From NCBI GenBank assembly GCA_036172245.1, contig JAYWIR010000012.1:4402001-4466000 (forward strand): DNA of 64,000 nucleotides, in the 5' to 3' direction. Positions within the stretch are counted from its first letter, which is position 1. The number at the start of each line of letters is the position of its first letter. The position numbers and the translations under genes are program-made. Below, piece by piece: positions 60,371 to 64,000 of this stretch. This DNA is from Raillietiella orientalis (lineage: Eukaryota). A model generated the notes under the pieces. That model worked only from the letters and a program-made list of their open reading frames with translations, searched no databases and was not told the DNA's origin.

Positions 60371-62801
60371 TCAACAGGGTTTCTTTTCAATTGCATATCC
60401 TGCATCAAGCATCAAGTCTCCAACACTGATACCATTAGAAAATAATATCACACAATATTTACTGCATTTTGAACTGTAATACTGGCAGTGCATTTCTAGA
60501 ACTTCAAATGGATTCGCAATGGCTTCAAATGTTTCTATCTGTTCTTGTTTCCAAGAGCCACCAGAAGACTCAATATCATCAAAATAACACTCCACTGCCA
60601 AGGGAGAAATGTGGATTGGTGTAGGCATCTGACGAAGACTTGAGATGTCTAAAGTGTCTGTATTTCCATAATCTATGAATCTCACAGTGACTTGATTTTC
60701 TGAATCAATTCTCAAAACAATTGCACGGTACCATTTCCCATCATCAGAAAATCTGGCAACGCACAGTAAACCAGCAGAAACACTTGCCTGATCCAACATA
60801 GGAAAGCATTCTGCATTCACAAGTGCATTTGCAATGCTACTCAGTTCACCTTCATCATCATATCGCTGCACGAAAAAGGATTCAGGAGAATTGACGTGGG
60901 TCACATACACTTGATACTGAGTACCAGGATGCAACATTCTTTGCTCACCATTTATGCAGCCAGGATGACCAGCAAACTTTCCATTGTATGCCAGCTGACT
61001 GCTGACAAAATGGGGATCTAGTATCACAGTATTATTACATTCATCGGTTGAATAGTTTATTGGTGGATCATTACTTTTGCTTGCTGAATCAAATGCATTG
61101 GATTTTTCATCTACACTGACATGGTTGACAGCACTGTTGCTTTCAAAATGTTCACAGAGTTCCGCTTCTGCTATAAATTCGCCTTTTCTTCTGATGGAAT
61201 CCGATATGTCGGGGTTAATATTGTCATCTTGCACGTTTACGGGAAACGGATGCACTACCTCAATTAGTGTGGTAGCTAATTCATCGATGTTCGTGGGTTT
61301 TGTAACAACTAGAGCTGCACCATCGTCAACCTTCGTCTCCTGAGGGTTTTCGCTAACAAGTTCTGCTACGTACTGACCAGCGGACTCTCTGAAAATCACT
61401 TCAATCGAATGCTTGTGAGACATTTTCTCCCACAGATCTACACAGAGGTGTTCATGTCCTTTCAGGATACAAGGTATGGCAAAGGCTGGTGTATCATAAA
61501 AACAAGTCAAAGGTCTTAGGTCGTTAACAGGTACAAATACACTGTTACCATAATCAATAAGATTAACTTCGGCTACATTATCATTAATGTTTAGAATTAC
61601 CGCCCTGTACAAGAGATCATTATCAGGATTTGGTGCTGCACAGTACTGTCCATTATACAGTTGAACAAAGGGATCTATGCTCTGTTTGTACCACAAATTC
61701 AACTGGGTTTGCAAGTCCATCAGTGACTGTTGGCTACTTTCTAGGTGCATATAAACCCATCCTTTTTCTTGTATGTGTGTTATCAGCACTGATACCACAC
61801 TCTCTGGAGGAGGCTGCATAGGAACGATTGACAGATTACCAAGCTGTTTAACAGGAGTTGAAAAATGCACATCCTCGAGAATCGTATCTTCATTGTATAG
61901 TTCTGCATAGTAGAGGTCATTTTTTTTTGTTATTGAGGCTTTAAGCTTTTCAGTATTACAGTAATGACGAAATGCATCTACGTGAAATGCTGTCCAGCCA
62001 CCTCTAGGTGGTGGGAATGTTGTTGTACAATGAATAATGCAGGAAGGTTTCTTTTTCTGCTGTGCAGTCAGTTTAAAAAGAGAATCTAATGGTACAACTT
62101 GGGTACACCCTAAATCTACTAACAAAACATCTGCCTTCTGAGAGTCTAGCAACTTTACAATTTTTCCACGATAGAATTCGTCATCAGATGCTTTGATCAT
62201 ACATAGCTGTCCTTCCAAAGGAACTTTAAAACCCTTGTTGCTGTATTGCAGCACAGGCTGCAAGGGAGATACCTGCAGCCAAAAGTCATTGGGGGAGGTT
62301 ACATCAAGCAGTTTCACATGCAGTTGTTGATTAAGGGGCACCTCTGGCAAAACATAGGAGAGGCTCTTTGAAGACAACCTCAGTTCTTCATTAATGTGCA
62401 TGTTATTTTTCAAGGAAATTAGATTCACCGAAATGCAATCTTTCGGAGCTAATTTTTGTTGTGGATTTTTCACAGTTAACTGTGCTTGGGTTCCCACAAA
62501 AAATATCTGGACTGCCCTTATAATTTCCTGTGTCACTGGCACTTCAAACAGAGTGCAGCACAACGTTTGCATGGGTAGTCTCAAAAATGAAGGATCCAGA
62601 ACTTTCACCTGGAAAGATATTTTTTCTTACACCTGGAAACCAATTTCTAATCACCTGATCTTTGATTTGTATTTGTTTGCCATGGTCAATAAGAAAGATA
62701 TTCATGAACTCAGGGCTAATTCCACATACCATACCACGGTACCAATGTGAAGCACTTTTGCAGGCAATCAACTGGCCTATCTTAACTTTCTTAGGTTGGT
62801 T
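60371..62801 (-). CDS. Multi-Tudor-domain protein (extended Tudor, TDRD/Tudor type), 5'-partial
   Basis: Exon 62801-62655 (GQLIACKSASHWYRGMV..IFLIDHG), a 46-nt GT-AG intron at 62654-62609, then a terminal exon 62608-60371 with three more Tudor repeats: GQLCMIK..FYRGKI..VLLVDLG, GQYCAA..LYRAVI..VNLIDYGN and GLLCVARFSDDGKWYRAIV..VRFIDYGN. Upstream exons were not identified in 62.8-64 kb. Confidence 0.92.
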
Positions 62802-64000
62802 CTAAAAAATTGTTACATTAAAGTCATTGAAAAACATTAGAAGGATTTATTGAAAGGACTTGTTACAGACAACTGACAACTAATAAGACTGCAAATGGTC
62901 AAACAGGTATATCACATTTAAACATTTTATTTGCTGATAAATATGTTGTTCATTACAAATTATGAAGAAAAAACAAATTTTAAAAAATTAGCCTAATTTT
63001 GTTTGCAGCTATATTTTCAGTTACTTTCTTTATTATTTTTTCTAGTTTTTTTGTCTCCACTAAGTATACTTCAAGTGTCTGATGCATTGCACTTGTTTTT
63101 CAGTATACAGTGAACGAATTGAATGTTTGTAAAAATGCAAAATTACAGCATCAGTAGCAAATCAACCAAGAGAGATATGGAAAGTTTAGTATTCAAAGAA
63201 GAGGACCAAATAATGATTACATGAAGTCAATTGGTATAATCAAATGTATTCTAATGGTGATGATTTATCTCGATATTAGATTTGAAATCTATTTCTGCAA
63301 ATTTGAATGATTAAACAGGTAGGACAGACATTTCTCTTAAGAATCATGATGCATATAGCAGGACTACATCCAAAATGAAATAACAAATGCTTGAGGTGAA
63401 GGAGCACTTTTTAACTATCACTGAACCTTTCATAATCAAATAGGTAACATGAAAACAATACAACCAGCATATTTGTGGATTGCTTTAAAGGAGCATCCAA
63501 ATTAAAAAGTGAAACTGGTTTTCTAACAGACCTTCTCCATTTGCAAAAAGGAGACTCCTGGCTCCCAATGAACATCAAAAAAAAAAAAAAAAAACAATTC
63601 ACAAAAAATTTTTCAGCATCAGAGTGTACAATATTCAGCATTGCCAGCAAGCAAACCCTCAACATTTAGATTGCTTCCCAGTTTGCCATATTCTATAAAA
63701 AAAAAACCGGAGGCAAAAATGGAATTTCCGCTTTATTTTACTGATGCAATCAATAAAATAAAATAAACATGGGACAAACTCATGAAATAAATGTAATATC
63801 TCCTACATTCCTTTTAAAACTAAAATCTCAGACAAACTCGAACCTTCTGAAACATTAAATAAAAGCAAAAAAAAACAAAAACAAAAATCATAATGGTGAC
63901 AAAGCTCACATAATAAGAAAACGCATGCAGAACCAGAACAGATTCTATCTGCAGATTAGAGCAGGTGACATTACTAAAGTGTATCACATATATGTTCAGA

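Noticed and set aside
62802..64000. Further upstream Tudor exons
   Set aside because: The candidate AG..GT segment I tested (~63220-63295) has stops in all frames, and nothing else was recognisable; likely intron.

Overview
Eukaryotic, probably arthropod, genomic DNA (coracle-type Protein 4.1 C-terminus, degenerate TTAGG tract). It is not prokaryotic, and I saw no CRISPR array, rRNA or intact tRNA. Three host genes are well supported, all AT-rich: an intronless LanC-like gene (39729-40946, -), a 15-exon Protein 4.1/coracle gene with many 41-53 nt introns (45087-50238, +), and the 3' part of a multi-Tudor gene (60371-62801+, -). The rest (about 1-39.6 kb and 50.4-59.5 kb) is GC-rich, homopolymer-ridden DNA whose many long ORFs are not genes. 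Read by eye, many of these ORFs contain, in the correct order, heavily decayed motifs of non-LTR retrotransposon ORF2 (CR1-, Jockey- and I-like endonuclease/RT/RNase H), so these blocks look like LINE graveyards. The most striking observation is that many of the fossils appear shifted towards GC rather than AT, with an abrupt compositional switch about 20 nt after the coracle poly(A) signal. The window also has a candidate tRNA-headed dispersed repeat (SINE-like) with internal ~40-nt tandem units, an interstitial telomere-like pentamer tract and several decayed microsatellites. All LINE assignments are by-eye comparisons with remembered consensus motifs and need HMM confirmation.
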